DNA of 64,000 nucleotides from assembly GCA_030390025.1 (NCBI GenBank), contig CM059432.1, forward strand, positions 93,312,001 to 93,376,000. Reading direction: 5' to 3'. Within the stretch, counting starts at the first letter, position 1; each line of letters opens with the position of its first letter. The position numbers were made by a program, and so were the translations under genes. Origin of the DNA: Squalus acanthias. Its lineage: Eukaryota. The notes under the pieces were generated by a model. The model was not told where the DNA came from. It was given only the letters and a program-made list of their open reading frames with translations, and ran no database searches. This document shows positions 11,150 to 23,697 of the stretch, piece by piece.

Positions 11150-13709
11150 GGGCTGGATTTTCCCCGAGGAGGCGGGATGGTGTCGGGAGAGCTGGTTGGC
11201 GGGTTCCAGTCCCGCTCCCTTCTGCAGCCGCTCTCTGAAAATGATTTTCCGTAGATTGGCCTTGTTAAGCCCGCCCTGCAGGGTTCCTGGCCAATTAACA
11301 GGAAGCGGGTCTAATGACGTAATTTGATGGACACGTCATCAGCCGGTTTCCTTAAAGTGACCACGGCCACACTGATTTTGACAGTTGTGCTGTCAGTGTT
11401 CTGCAGCATTGAGGTGCTGCAACCACCGACAAGCACGGCACAAAGGTGGACGCTTGCACCCAGGCTCACGCATGACTCCCTCCATATGCTTATCGAGGGA
11501 GTCACAGCACGCAGGGACATTCTCTTCCCTTCCCATGGGCGGAACAGACATCCCCAGGAGATCAACGCAGTCTGGTTGCATTTGCACAGTAGGACATAAG
11601 CAGGGATGTCGTCAGGTGTCCCTGGCTGCAGTGGCGCAAACCTTTCAATGATCTCAGTAGATCACGAAATGTTACTGCAAAGCCACACTCAAACGCACCT
11701 TGCTGTGCCACTCATCACATACCCATCACTCTGCCTTCCCTACCCTACTCCTGCACATCCTTAATCATACCAACTTACCTTGCACCTCCACCCATCCCTA
11801 TCTACATTATCACTTCCCCATCTCACTAGCCACCCCTCACACTCACCATCATCCTACTGCAAGCATACCAACTAACAACACACAAGGGTAGGCACTTGAG
11901 TGGTTTAGCCAATGTTCATGTGAAGTTTCTGGCAATGTATTGTCAAACATTGAAATCTATATTTTCAACACTTCACCTTATTGGACAGATCTGTGCCCAC
12001 CTTGAGAAATGTCTTAGTGAGTTCCAGTGAATGTTGAGACATAACTTCCCCCTCCCACCCCGCTATTGTGATGAGTGTGAAAGGAATGGCTTGGACATTG
12101 TAGGGATGCTTTATGGTGCTGGTGTGGGATTGTGTCAACCTGGCGCATCATGTGGTAGCCAGGGTGTACAACGTCAAGTGAAGCGTCCCGGGCAGCAATG
12201 TTGTCAGGTGCTGATGCCCTGTGTCCTGTGCAGCATCAGGTAATGGCAGAGAAGGTTGGTGATGTTAGGGCTGATCGTGGAAGGATTCAGAGGACCAAGG
12301 TGAAATTTTTTCAAGGGCACCAATGTTACTGGAATAGATGGCAGCTGCAGTTGAGGTGACAGAAGCGATCTGTCAATGATGAGAGAGGTTGTTCCAATGA
12401 GGTGCCACTGGAAAGAAAGTTGGCTCTAAACACTTGCAAGCTACAGAAAGCTCTATGGGGGAAAATTTGGTTGATTAGCGCCTCCCGTTAGCGTCCTAAG
12501 AGGGCGCTAATGGGGTGCAAAGCAACTAGCGCCCAGGCGCAGAGATGTTTGCGCTGCTCGCGAAATTGACCAGACATTTTGCGGCGGCGCTAAACACTAC
12601 TGCCACGATCTCCTGCGCCCACAGATCGTGACCTCAGTTGAGCATGCAACGCCCCGGTAGCGCCCCGGACCGGATATTGAGTGGCGCCCCCTGCCATTCC
12701 GCCTGCCGCTAGCAACGACAAGTAGAGGGGAATGTTTTGCTGTCGGGAAGGGACTGGGGGAGCGCTATTTAAAGGCGGCTGCTTCCTGCCTTTTTTTGTC
12801 GGCGACATTTGTGCACCACGCATTCTGAGAGAGAGAAAGAGACTTCTGGAGAGATTCAATGCTGTGTGAAGGAGTTTTGGGTACTGAGCAGCACTTTGCA
12901 GGTTAATTTTGATTTGACCTTCCTTGCATCGATTTAGAAGAGACTATGGGGGCTGCACTCTGAGCTCTTTCCAGCAGAATTGATGTACAGGTCTCTCCAG
13001 GCCGAGATTCAAGGCTGCAATGAGCAGGGTGTGGCTGGAGAGCAAGATCGACCCTCCCCTTTAAGAACTGGCCGGCGCCAGTCTGTCTGTGTTCCATTGC
13101 TAACTGACATCACATGAGCTTCGCCAGCGCTCTGAGGTAGCACCTCGCTCCTCGGCGTTAGCGCCTTGAGAGGTGTGTAGCGCCTGATTTAGCGCTCAAA
13201 TCACCTCCGGGGCGATAGAGGCCAAGTTTGCAGTCGGAGGCGATAATTAGCGCCAGGCCGATAACTGTGCCCCAAACGGGGCGATACCGAATTTCTCCCC
13301 CTATATGTCTTACAAATGCAGTAACCAACAGTTTCTGAGCTCTGAAACTGAACAGCTGCAACATGGCATCCTTTATACCACTTCTGCAGCTGTCAGGTTA
13401 TCAGATAAATCAAAGCAGACTCAACTCACGCCAGGGTGAGCTGGCGTGTTCCCCGAGCAACGGGTAACCCGTGGGGTAGCACGTAAAATTGCAAGGTAGC
13501 CTCAAAATAGCATTAAATTGGCTGTTAACAACCCATTTAATGATATAAATTGTCTCCCCCGCCGCCTGGTGTCAGGTCAGTTCTGCGTAGACAGACCCGA
13601 CACCTAGGAGACTCGTGTGGAGGCGGGTTTCCTACCCGGTCAATCTTTGCTATTTTGACAGCGGACCCGCCTCCAAACCTGCCCTCTGAGCGCCAGCAAA
13701 ATTCAGTCC
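11150..13709 (+). mobile_element. Deleted PIF/Harbinger element with a Myb/SANT exon-1 relic
   Basis: TIR GGGCTGGATTTT / AAAATTCAGTCC. Relic APRLTHDSLHMLIEGVTARRDILFP...W at about 11455-11670 is homologous to the Myb exons at 21482 and 56602. Confidence 0.75.
12457..13301. mobile_element. Harbinger-like MITE nested in the 11150-13709 element
   Basis: TIR GGGGGAAAATTTGG / CCGAATTTCTCCCCC and 3-bp TSD TAT. Left arm is homologous to 63908-64000. Confidence 0.75.
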
Positions 13710-13920
13710 AATGTTTTTCAATGCAAATCACATTACAAAAATAAAGCTTTCCCAAATTAACTTAAGTGGTGACAATCTTCCTTTAAGCTAGGGGTGAGGT
13801 TCTTGATGGGTGAATCCATGGACAAAGAGTAACCAGCAAATCCATATAGGAGGGAACCAGTAGCTGAGAAAAATGATATTAAAATTCACAATTATATGAA
13901 TTTGAAGTTGGCTAAAGTTT

Positions 13921-13926
13921 CAGCCT

Positions 13927-13962
<36 letters not shown>

Positions 13963-15822
13963 AGGTTGTGGGTTCAAGTTCCACTCCAGAGACTTGTACC
14001 CATAATTTAGGCTGACTGAGGGAGTGCTGCACCGTCAGAGGTGCCATCTTTCAGATGAGATGTTAAACCGAGGCCCTGTCTGCCCTCTCAGGTGGTCATA
14101 AAAGATCCCATGACACTATTCTAAGAGATGGGGCATTTTCTTCCGTGTCTAGGGAATTTTGGAAGTTGCATTGGTTGTGATCTTCCAAAATTCCCTAGAT
14201 TCTAGAATGGTCCCAGCAGATTGGAAGGTAGCAAATGTGACCCCGCTATTCAAGAAAGGAGAGAGAGATAAAATGGGGAACTACAGGCAAATTAGCCTGA
14301 CATCAGTTGTCGGGAAAATGCTGGAATCCATTATCAAGGAAGTGGTAACAGGGCACTTAGAAAATCATAATATGATTAGGCAGAGTCAACATGGTTTTAT
14401 GAAAGGGAAACTGTGTTTAACAAATTTATTAGAGATTTTTGAAGATGTAACTAGTAGGATAGATAAAGGGGAACCAGTGGATATAGTATATTTAGATTTC
14501 CAAAAGACATTCGATAAGGTGCCACATAAAAGGTTGTTATGCAAGATAAGGGCTCATGGGGTTGGGGGTAATATATTAGCATGGATAGAGGATTGGTTAA
14601 CAGACAGAAAACAGAGAGTAGGGATAATAGGTCATTTTCCGGTTGGCAGGCTGTAACTAGTGGGGTGCCGCAAGGATCAGTGCTTGGGCCTCAGCTATTT
14701 ACAATCTATATTAATGACCTAGATGAAGGGACTGAGTGCAATGTATCCAAGTTTGCTGACGATACAAAACTAGATGGGAAAGTAAGCTGTAAGGAGGACA
14801 AAAAGAGCCTGCAAAGGGATATAGACTGGTTAAGTGAGTGGGCAATAAGGTGGTAGATGGAGTATAATGTGAGGAAATGTGAGATTATTCAATTTGGTAG
14901 GAAGAATAGAAAAACAGAATATTTTTTTAAATGGTGAGAAACTATTAAATGTTGGTGTTCAGAAAGATTTAGGTGTCCTCGTACAGGAAACAGAGCGTTA
15001 GCATGCAGGTACAGCAAGCAATTAGGCAAATGGCATGTTGGCCTTTATTTCAAGGGGGTTGGAGTACAAGAGTAAGGAAGTCTTACTACAATTGTACAGG
15101 GCTTTGGTGAGACTACACCTGGAGTACTGTGCACAGTTTTGGTCTACTTATCTGAGGATGGACATACTTGCTTTAGAGGCGGTGTAATGAAGGTTCACTA
15201 GATTGATCCCTGGGATCCCTGAGGTTGTCCTATGAGGAGAGATTGAGTAGATTGGGCCTATACTCTCTGGAGTTTAGAAGAATGAGAAGTGATCTCAATG
15301 AAACATAGAAGATTCTGAGGAGGATTGACAGGCTAGACACTGGGGCATAGTCTCGGGATAAGGGATCAGCCATTTAAGACTGAGATGGAGGAATTTCTTC
15401 ACTCAGAGGGCTGTGAATCTTTGGAATTCTCTACCCCAAAGTGCTGTGGATGCTGAGTCATTGAGTATATTCAAGGCTGAGATAGATAGATTTTTGGACT
15501 CTGGGGGAATCAAGGGATATGGAGATCGGGCAGGAAAGTGGAGTTGAGGTCAAAGATCAGCCATGATCTTACTGAATGGTGGAGCAGGCTCAAAGGGCCG
15601 TATGGCCTACTCCTGCTCCTAATTCTTATGTTCTTACATTCTTGTGTGTCCTGGCCAGTATTTATCCCTCAGCCAACATCACGAAAACAGATTACCTAGT
15701 CATTATCTCGTTGTTATCTGTGCACAAATTACTGCAGAGTTTCCTACATTACAACAGTGACAACATTTCAAAAGTAAAGTTGTAAAGTGCTGTGGGGTGT
15801 CATGAAAGGTGCTATATAAATT
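13921..15822 (+). mobile_element. Deu-domain SINE (SacSINE1/AmnSINE1-like) split by a CR1 insertion
   Basis: SINE 5' part 13921-14150 and 3' part 15646-15822 together align with the copy at 49214-49680. Confidence 0.85.
14151..15643 (+). mobile_element. 5'-truncated CR1 LINE (RT domain, frameshifted, plus 3' UTR)
   Basis: ORFs with [37 protein letters not shown] and KFADDTKL. Ends in a TTCTTATG-type tail. GTGTC on both sides. Confidence 0.95.
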
Positions 15823-16281
15823 AATACAATTAAGTGTATCTTTACTATGTACTAATTTTTCAAACTTTTTTTTTAATGTTTACCACCCACTGCTGAAATA
15901 TCAGACACCCTGCAGCTCCCCAATAGTCTGCTGCAAATGTAATAAGATTATAGCTGATTAAAAAAGGAAATAAGTTTCTAAGCAAATAAAAATACTGACA
16001 AATGAACAACTTTACAATATTGACACTTCCCCTTGTAGTGTTTGGCGAATGAAAAAATAATTGCTTTCCTGCAGCTTCGGTGACAAGAAGTTACTGTGGA
16101 ATCTTGCTATATTCAATAGGTTGGAAGTGACAAATTAAATTTAAAAGATTTAAATTTAAGCAGATTTACAAAAAATAGAGGTGAATTTCTTCAGAGCTGT
16201 TCCTGCTGCCAAGAAATTCCAAGCCAATGTTTACTACACATAAGGAATGATTGAACATTTGAAGATTTGACTGAAGTTATT

Positions 16282-16565
16282 GGGTATAGTGGTGTAGTGG
16301 TTATGCCCAAGGATGTGAGCAAATCCCACCATGGCAAATTGGTAAATTGAATTAATTAAATCTGGTAATTTGTGGGCTGGCACCAGATAAAATGACTGAC
16401 AATAAAAGCTGCTGGATTGATGTAAAAACCCAACTGATTCACTAATGTCCTTCTGGGAAGGGAACCTGCCACTCCGACCTGGTCTGGCCTACATGTGGCT
16501 CCAGTACCACATTACACGGTTGGCTCTTAATGCCCTCAGAGCAACTAGGGATAAATGCAGCCTCG
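16282..16565 (+). mobile_element. tRNA-derived SINE, diverged (family of 3633)
   Basis: Shares TTCACTAATGTCCTT and CCTGGTCTGGCCTA blocks with 3633-3908. Confidence 0.6.
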
Positions 16566-16737
16566 AGAACAAATATAAAAAGTAATGCCTCGAGACTGAA
16601 AATCACTAAGCACAGAAATATAGAAGAAATCTACACAAACTGTGAAGTATAGTTGCTTGTTACTATTAAACTCTCAACCATAATCACCGATGGAACTTTC
16701 TTTACAATTTCCAGAGCAACAACCCATTTGCTGATAC

Positions 16738-16972
16738 AAAAGCAAAATGCTGCGGATGCTGGAAATCTGAAATAAAAACAGAAAACGCTGGAAATCCTCA
16801 GCAGGTCAGGCAGCATCTGTGGAGAGAGAAACAGAGTTAACGTTTCAGGTCGATGACTCTTCGTCAGAACTTCTGGTCTGACGAAGGGTCATCGACCTGA
16901 AACGTTAACTCTGTTTCTCTCTCCACAGATGCTGCCTGACCTGCTGAGTATTTCCAGCATTTTCTGTTTTTA
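16738..16972. mobile_element. Palindromic PLE-derived element with a hammerhead motif on each strand
   Basis: Inverted arms of about 95 bp around a short spacer. CTGACGA...GAAACGTT on plus (16874-16910) and on minus (16835-16871). Confidence 0.8.
16835..16871 (-). ncRNA. Minimal type I hammerhead ribozyme motif (predicted)
   Basis: AGTT CTGACGA A GAGTC ATC GACCT GAA ACGT T AACT. Core and 4-bp stem I intact, one mismatch in stem II. Confidence 0.5.
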
Positions 16973-17711
16973 AGCCATAAGATGCTGTTTTGAATGGTGC
17001 TATTAAATATTATAGAAATACAGTTAAACATTTTGCTCAATCCTATATTTATTCAAAAATTTTTTTTTTTTTAAACTATCAGCTGGTTAAGGTAATGAGC
17101 AGCTAATCCACACAGACCAATTTACAACCCCAGTTTGTGCTGAGTTAGCTGATCTGAACTGGGGCAGAGTCGAGTGCTACTATTGGTCTCAGTTCCCCAG
17201 AACTAGGAAATAGAAAATCGTCCAGATTTCCCATTCTGATCTCTATCCAGCAAGCTCTGATGGAACTGAATAGATGTAGACATCCAGGCGGTACAGCGCA
17301 GTGCAGATTCATGCAGTATGTCATAGCATTGTAGGATGCGGTTTCACATCTGCAATTCCTCACAGTAAGATTTCACATCAAAATAAGATTATGAGTGAAG
17401 GTCTAGGATTTTTCTACACGAAGAAAGGGGGGAAAATTCTAGGGTGGACTGTCTTGGATTGATCGTAGCCAAATACAAGAATGTAAGAATGGTAAGAGCA
17501 TGAAAATGCCATTTGGATTATTAAATTCACTCCTATAACAAATCGTACAAATCACTAACATAAACTTCACCAACCCAGTTAATTTTCTACTGTTCTGCAA
17601 ATTTCCTTCTTCCCATCCAAAGGTAAGTCAGGCCAAACTTCAAAATAACTCACAAATTTTTAAAGCAAAACAAGAACTTGTATTTACATAATGCTTTAAA
17701 GAGGTCTTTCC

Positions 17712-18031
17712 CCATACTATCTCTGTAACCTCCTCCAGCCTTTCAACCCTCAGAGATCTCTGCGTTCCTCCAATTCTGGCCTCTTGCGCATCCCCGATTT
17801 TCATCGCTCCACCATTGGTGGCCGTGCCTTCGGCTGCCTAGGCCCTAAAGTCTGGAATTCCCTCCCTAAACCTCTCCAACTCTCTCTCCTCCTTTAAGAC
17901 ATTCCTTAAAACCTACCTCCTGTCCTAATACCTCATGTGATTCGGTGTCAAATTTTGTTTGATAACGCTCGAAGTGGCTTGGAACGTTTTACTACATTAA
18001 AGGCGTTATATAAATCCAAAGTATTGTTGTT
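17712..18031 (+). mobile_element. L2-clade LINE 3' end
   Basis: Matches the reverse complement of 36462-36830 and 44166-44520. Ends TTAAAGGCGTTATATAAAT...TTGTTGTT. Confidence 0.8.
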
Positions 18032-18574
18032 AACATGGAAAAAGTTCCATGGCACTTTACACTGCTCATGATACAAATACTCTATCATGTAGTTCTGGCC
18101 TAATCTATGATGGTCAATGTGGTTTTAGCACGGCCACTCTAGTGGTGATTTTGTAGGCAATCCCTTGGTCACTGCTAGCCTCCAAGCTCTACCTATTAGA
18201 ATCTTTCTTGGTGTTCTCTGTTTTATGGTGAATCCTGCTATGAACTGTCCTCTCTTGCTTGTTCTAAGCTCTAAATACACCATCTTACTTGCTTTTCCTC
18301 CTCCCGACATCTCCACTGTGCAAAATCAAGACTCATCACATAGTCTGTAACTCTAACTCATTCTTTCCTAAGACACGTGGAACTCCTTGCCACTCTCAAT
18401 ATTTCCTTCTTCCCAAAATCTTCAGTCCTTTAAATCCAGGCTTGGCATAACCTAATCACTACATCCTGATTTACCTCATTTCCTGCACAATTGGTGTGGA
18501 CCCTTCATCTTGGTTTCTCAATTTTACAAAACTAACTGCATTTATGCACTGCACCTAAACTGAGGGCCTTTCTA

Positions 18575-19458
18575 AGGTCTAGATTTACACTGGTGATGAG
18601 ACGAAAGTCAGCATCCAAATTCCATGTCCCTGATATTTGCGGGGAGGGCAAAAACAGCCAGGGAACACATTGAGACCGGGAACACAGAGATGCTGACTAA
18701 TTTAACGCCAGAACTTCATTATAATTTTTTTCTTCTGTTTCCCACTCGGCAGCCGGCCAAACTAACAGGCTGGCCAGTTACTGGGTTGGAAACCCAGCAG
18801 CAGGAGGCCACAGCCTGGGCCCCTTGGGAACGGTCCCCGGCAATCGGATGGGGGGTTGGGGAGAAAGCTGGAGATTGGAGGGGGGGAGGGGAAGAGAGAG
18901 CGGTAATGGGGGGTTGGGGGGGGGGGGGGAGAGAGAGAAATGGCGGATATCGGCGGGGGTCGGGGGCGGGGTTAGCCATGATCGCGGCATGGAGAGGACA
19001 TCAATGCTTGCAGGGGGAGGTCTGCAATTGTGGCAGGAGGGAACAGTCAGGTCTGTGATCGGCAGAGGGGGAGGCCGAAGGCTTACTTGAAAGGCTTGGG
19101 GGGAGCACTCCTGCTCCTCAAGGCCCACATGGAGTGCTGTAAAAGGCACTTACCTTCCGGAGCTGGCAGCTCCCACCTCGCTTTTACTGTTGGGTTTCCT
19201 GAGCCCTGGGATACCCACGCGGCAACTGTTAAATTTAAATCAGACTCCCAATTGCACTGTGGGAGCTTGATTTAAATATGTTAATGACATGTCCAGTCTC
19301 TCCACGGTGAGATACTCACACGCCATGAAACCCGCCGCCGTGAATATGGGGGCATGCGCATATGCAGTGAGTTGGGGTCGTGTTCCCCATTTTTCACATT
19401 TTTAATCCCCCTCCTCGCACTCTCTCCCGCCTGCCGTTGGGGGTTGATATCGAGGCCC
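18575..19458. mobile_element. Degenerate Harbinger-like MITE
   Basis: Weak TIR (AGGTCTAGATTT vs ATATCGAGGCCC). Internal block GCACTCCTGCTCCTC..GGCCCAC is similar to one inside 33098-33688. Confidence 0.45.
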
Positions 19459-20581
19459 ATGAAACTGACATTCAAAAAATGTTTTTCCAAATTTGCACTG
19501 TGGATGGCAATGGACAATCAGAAACTTTTGTGCACAGCATATCCAGCTACCTGAACCAGAGACACAAACTCAAGATACACTGCAAATTGGCGTTAATGTA
19601 ACATTAGTCACTATTCAGAATAAAAATGATGACCTGGTCACTCACCGGGTATGTGTTCAGGAAGGGCCCACAGCAGCAGGAAACATATCTCTGGAGCGAG
19701 TGTTTTTATGATATTAGGAGACCACAGTACACAATTCACAAGGCCTATGCTGCGATTTTGTTTCAAAATACAGTCTAAATATAAATATCCCTGTGTAAAG
19801 ATGGAATTAGATTCAACTATTTGGAGTACATTTCAAGATGCTGAACTGACTAATAAAGTTGCATTATCCCACAATATGTGACTAAAAATCCCATAAAAGA
19901 CATTAATTGAAATCTATAAATGTTTAAAACAAGTCAAAAAATATTTATTGTAGAATTGTAATATTAGCTATACTATACCAACTGTGCCATACTGAATGAG
20001 AACTTACTGTGTGGGTAGGGGGTAGGTAATCTAAATTACCTCCCATCATAAATAGTGTAAAATAAATTAATTTATTATGTCTCTTATCTGAGCAGTAATA
20101 CCACATTTTCACTGTCAAAAGCAGCCTGCTGGAAATTCACCATAGTGGGTCTTAAGTGTTACTTAACTGATTTACATGCTGAACCAAGATCGTCATCCTG
20201 CCCATTCTGCATTCTAATACTGTTGCTTCAATGCAATTTCAAAGCTCTGTACAACCAAGTGGCCCTTGTGATTCACCTCCGTCTCACCTGTGCTCCTCAG
20301 CAGTCCTGCTACTCCATGTGCCTCTGTACCTCAGTTCATATCCCACCAAAGACTGAGAGAGCAGGATTCATGAAAGGGACTAAGGTAGAGGACAAAAAGA
20401 ATTTTTTTAAATCCTTAGAAGTAAAAAAAGCACATAAAGTGGATTGATGTCTTTAAGAGTAGCCAGTGAGCAAGTTACCACTCAGGATCTTGGCAAAAGC
20501 TGGTGAGTATCCCAAATCTTTAAAATGGTTGCAGCTAGTCAGAATATGCAAAGTTCAAAATCAAGCGTTGTGTGGTGTGAC

Positions 20582-20732
20582 CAATGTTCCCGTAATTTTT
20601 TTTTGGGTGCTCGGCCCCTTTCAGGGGCTGCTCGGCTCATTAAAAATACCGCGCATGCGCAGTTTTTCCCGTTTAAAAGCCGGTGAGCCGGCTGTGCAGG
20701 AGCTCCAGCCGCGCAGCTTAAAGGGAACATTG
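20582..20732. mobile_element. hAT-type MITE
   Basis: 10-bp perfect TIR CAATGTTCCC / GGGAACATTG. 8-bp flanks GGTGTGAC / TGCGTGAC (6 of 8 identical). Confidence 0.7.
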
Positions 20733-21481
20733 TGCGTGACATTTTCACAATGCTATTATGGGGGGCGGAGAGGGTAACTGTGATGACAACTTGTAACAGG
20801 CTACTAAAAGCAACAAAAGTTTCTAACTTAGTGGTAGGTTTTAAGTAATCTTCTCAGTACTGATTTTAAAGAGCTCAAAAAGGTGCCCCTGCATTCTGTA
20901 GAAGCTGGTTTTAAGAACGCACTGTTGAAATTCTTCGAAAACAGTGCTACTGAAAAGACCAGCAGCAGTCTTGTATTCAACAAACAAATCAGCTGCTGCC
21001 AAGTGGGTGGGTTGTTTACAAGTCAACAATACCAGTACTGTAGAAAATGCACACCTCCTAAATGCTTTATATGCATGATATTATACAAGATTATGTATCA
21101 ATCTTCTACTCAGAGATTAAACTCTTCTGGACAATTCCAGGATCTTTTCTAATTTATTTTATTATTTCTATCTGCAAAACACCTTCCCCAACTGAGAAGA
21201 CAGACACCAAGGGCTGGATTTTGTCATTGGGGGCGGGTCAGGTGGTCGGCAGGTCCCGCCCCCGCCTCCGATGTGAGGCGGGATAATTTGGCGATTTTGC
21301 CCTAATTGGGCACTTGATTTCCAGCGTGTAGGAAGCCCTGGCCCAATGAGTCTTTTGGTCCTGAAGCTCGCCTCTGATGACGTCATCTATGCAGCTGCAT
21401 TTAAGGCCTGCAAGCAGCCTTGGTTCATTTTCTGCCTTACAACTTTTTTGCTGAGACTTCTGAGGGATTAGTGGTGCAAAC

Positions 21482-23439
21482 ATGGCAAGCTCAAGGCCCA
21501 AGTGCGCACCCCGCTTTGATGAGGACTCCCTCCAAGCTCTGGTGGAGGGAGCCTGAGCTCAGAAGGAAGTGTTGTTTCCTTCATCTGGGAGGAAAAAGCC
21601 TCCCCAGCAGACCAAAGCTGTGTGGCTACAAGTGGCACAGGAGGTGAGTGCCATCTCAATGTGCAGCAGAACCTGGCTGCAGTGCAGAAAGAGGTTTCAT
21701 GACCTTCTCCGCACAGGAAAAGTGAGTATTACATCACCATGGCCCTCAATCTGCCCTCCATCGCCTCTCATCACCAGCACTCTTCATTGTCAACCTCCTC
21801 CTCCACATCCCACTTGACCCTTACATCCCTGCACCCTTAACCATTCCCTCTCTCTCTATGTTCACATTCACTTAACTATTCGACTATGTAGCTCTCGCAC
21901 TCCCTATCACTGTTATGCTATGACAGCTTACAACACACAGGGAGGACCCTTGGTCTTGGGACCTCACTCCATCTTTGTGTCCTTCTAAGCATCTATGCTG
22001 TGGATTCTCTACACTCACTCCTTCATTCTCACTCAAACTCCACTTGTGTCCCTCATTGCAGGAAAAGAGAGCCCACAATAAGAGGGAAAGGGCGAAGACA
22101 GGAGGAGGGCCACCCTCAATAGCCCAGCTCACCAACGCAGAGGAGGCGGCCCTCGAGATCGTGGAGTCGAGGAGGATGCGCAAGTGGGGGACGGACAGAC
22201 GGGCGCATCAGAGCAAGCTGGTGACAGAATAGTTTTTCATCTCTCTCATTGACATTGCATGAATGACTGATACTGATTCTGATGCTCTAACAGACTGACT
22301 TATGATCATCTGCACAATTCCATGTGCATGCAACGTTTATCTCACATGTCTAACTCTTTCCTTTACTCCCCCACAGGACCATCGATAGCCCCCATCCCCA
22401 CTGTCCAGGAGGAACAGCCTCAGCCACAAGACGCCTCAGAGGAAGCTGCAACCTCTGAGGGCGCAGCATCACCAGAATTAAGCGCACCCAGCATCAGCGC
22501 AGATACTCACACCTCGGTGGGACCTTCGGGATATAGAGTAGTGTTGTCACCTGGTGTATCACAGCTCACAAGTGAGCATCAGCAGATGGTGGAGACAGGG
22601 ACAGCAGTGGAGAGTCCTCGTCAGAGGACTCAGGGCGCTCCCAACTCGGCTCAGCTGCATGTCGACCCTGTGCCTCAGGGTCCATCCAGAAGGAGAGCGG
22701 TGCTGGAACTCCAGGAACAGGTGCAGGAGTCTCTGGCAGTTTTTGTCTCCAGTGTCACTGCGAGTGTGGAGCGGATGGAGGAGTCCATCGCTAACATGAG
22801 CAGAGCCTTTGTGGAGGCGTTGGCGCATGAACGCATCACCACAGAAAGGATGACAACCTCCGTGGAAAGGATGGCTGCAGTAGAGGAGAGGATGGCTACC
22901 GCCATGGAGGAGCTAAGTCGCCAGAGTGTTGAAAACATGGTCATTGTTCAGAATAGACTGACATCTCTGGAGGAACGATGGACAGCTATTGAGCAGAGAA
23001 ACCAGAGCTTCATGGAAGTCCTCTGGAGTAGGACTGCCAGTGCAGAAACAGGTCCTCATGGCCCCCCTGAAGTGCAGCAAGGTGCTGTCAAGCCACTTGC
23101 TAGCTCTAAATTGGGGCTGACCCATGAGAGGGATGTTGGTGGCAGACAACAAGTGGGGGCTCCTCTCCAAGCGCTCACACTTCCATGCCACTGCAGAGCC
23201 CTCGGTCAGAGCCCCACCAGAGTCCTCACCCAACTGAGATGGGCGTCTCATCCCCTGCACAGCCACAGGAGCAGCAGACTATTGGCGAGCCCTCACAGGT
23301 TCGCAACCCCAGAGCATGCCCGCCAAAGGTGTCGAGGCAGGAGCAGCATGAAAGTGAGCAAGGGGCCTCCACATCTGCTGAAGCCACAGGGGAAGCACCA
23401 CGTAGGAGCACGCGTAAGAGGAAGATAAAGCACAAGTAG
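21482..23439 (+). pseudogene. Harbinger Myb/SANT-like DNA-binding protein, 3 exons (21482-21721, 22062-22220, 22377-23439)
   Basis: APRF...W...RTWLQCRKRFHDL then spliced EKRAHNKRERAKTGGGPP. GT-AG junctions. Heptad xERMxxx coiled coil and basic C-terminus RRSTRKRKIKHK. In-frame TGA at 21554 and frameshifts. Confidence 0.85.
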
Positions 23440-23697
23440 TCACAAGAGTAGTCACTTTGGTGTTCTGTTGTGTTTAATTGTGAAATGCCATCCGTGAATT
23501 AATGTTATAAATTGACTTGATGGCAAACTGTTGAAGTTGTGGGCTGTGTCATTTCGCAAATGGGACTTCCACATTGAGGGCTCAGGGCGACTTGGAATTG
23601 TCAGTATGGTGGTCAGAGTGATAGGAAGCCGCAGGTTCTTGTCCATTGTCGATGGTGTGGTAAGAAGGTGCGAGCCAAATGTGTTTGATTGGGCAGC

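Noticed and set aside
17075..17260. Ancient SINE-like sequence, weakly similar to about 28900-29030
   Set aside because: Too diverged to define boundaries or family by eye.
22322..23428. 368-aa ORF as an independent host gene
   Set aside because: It is exon 3 of the Harbinger Myb gene. The listed start is intronic and the C-terminus is frameshifted.
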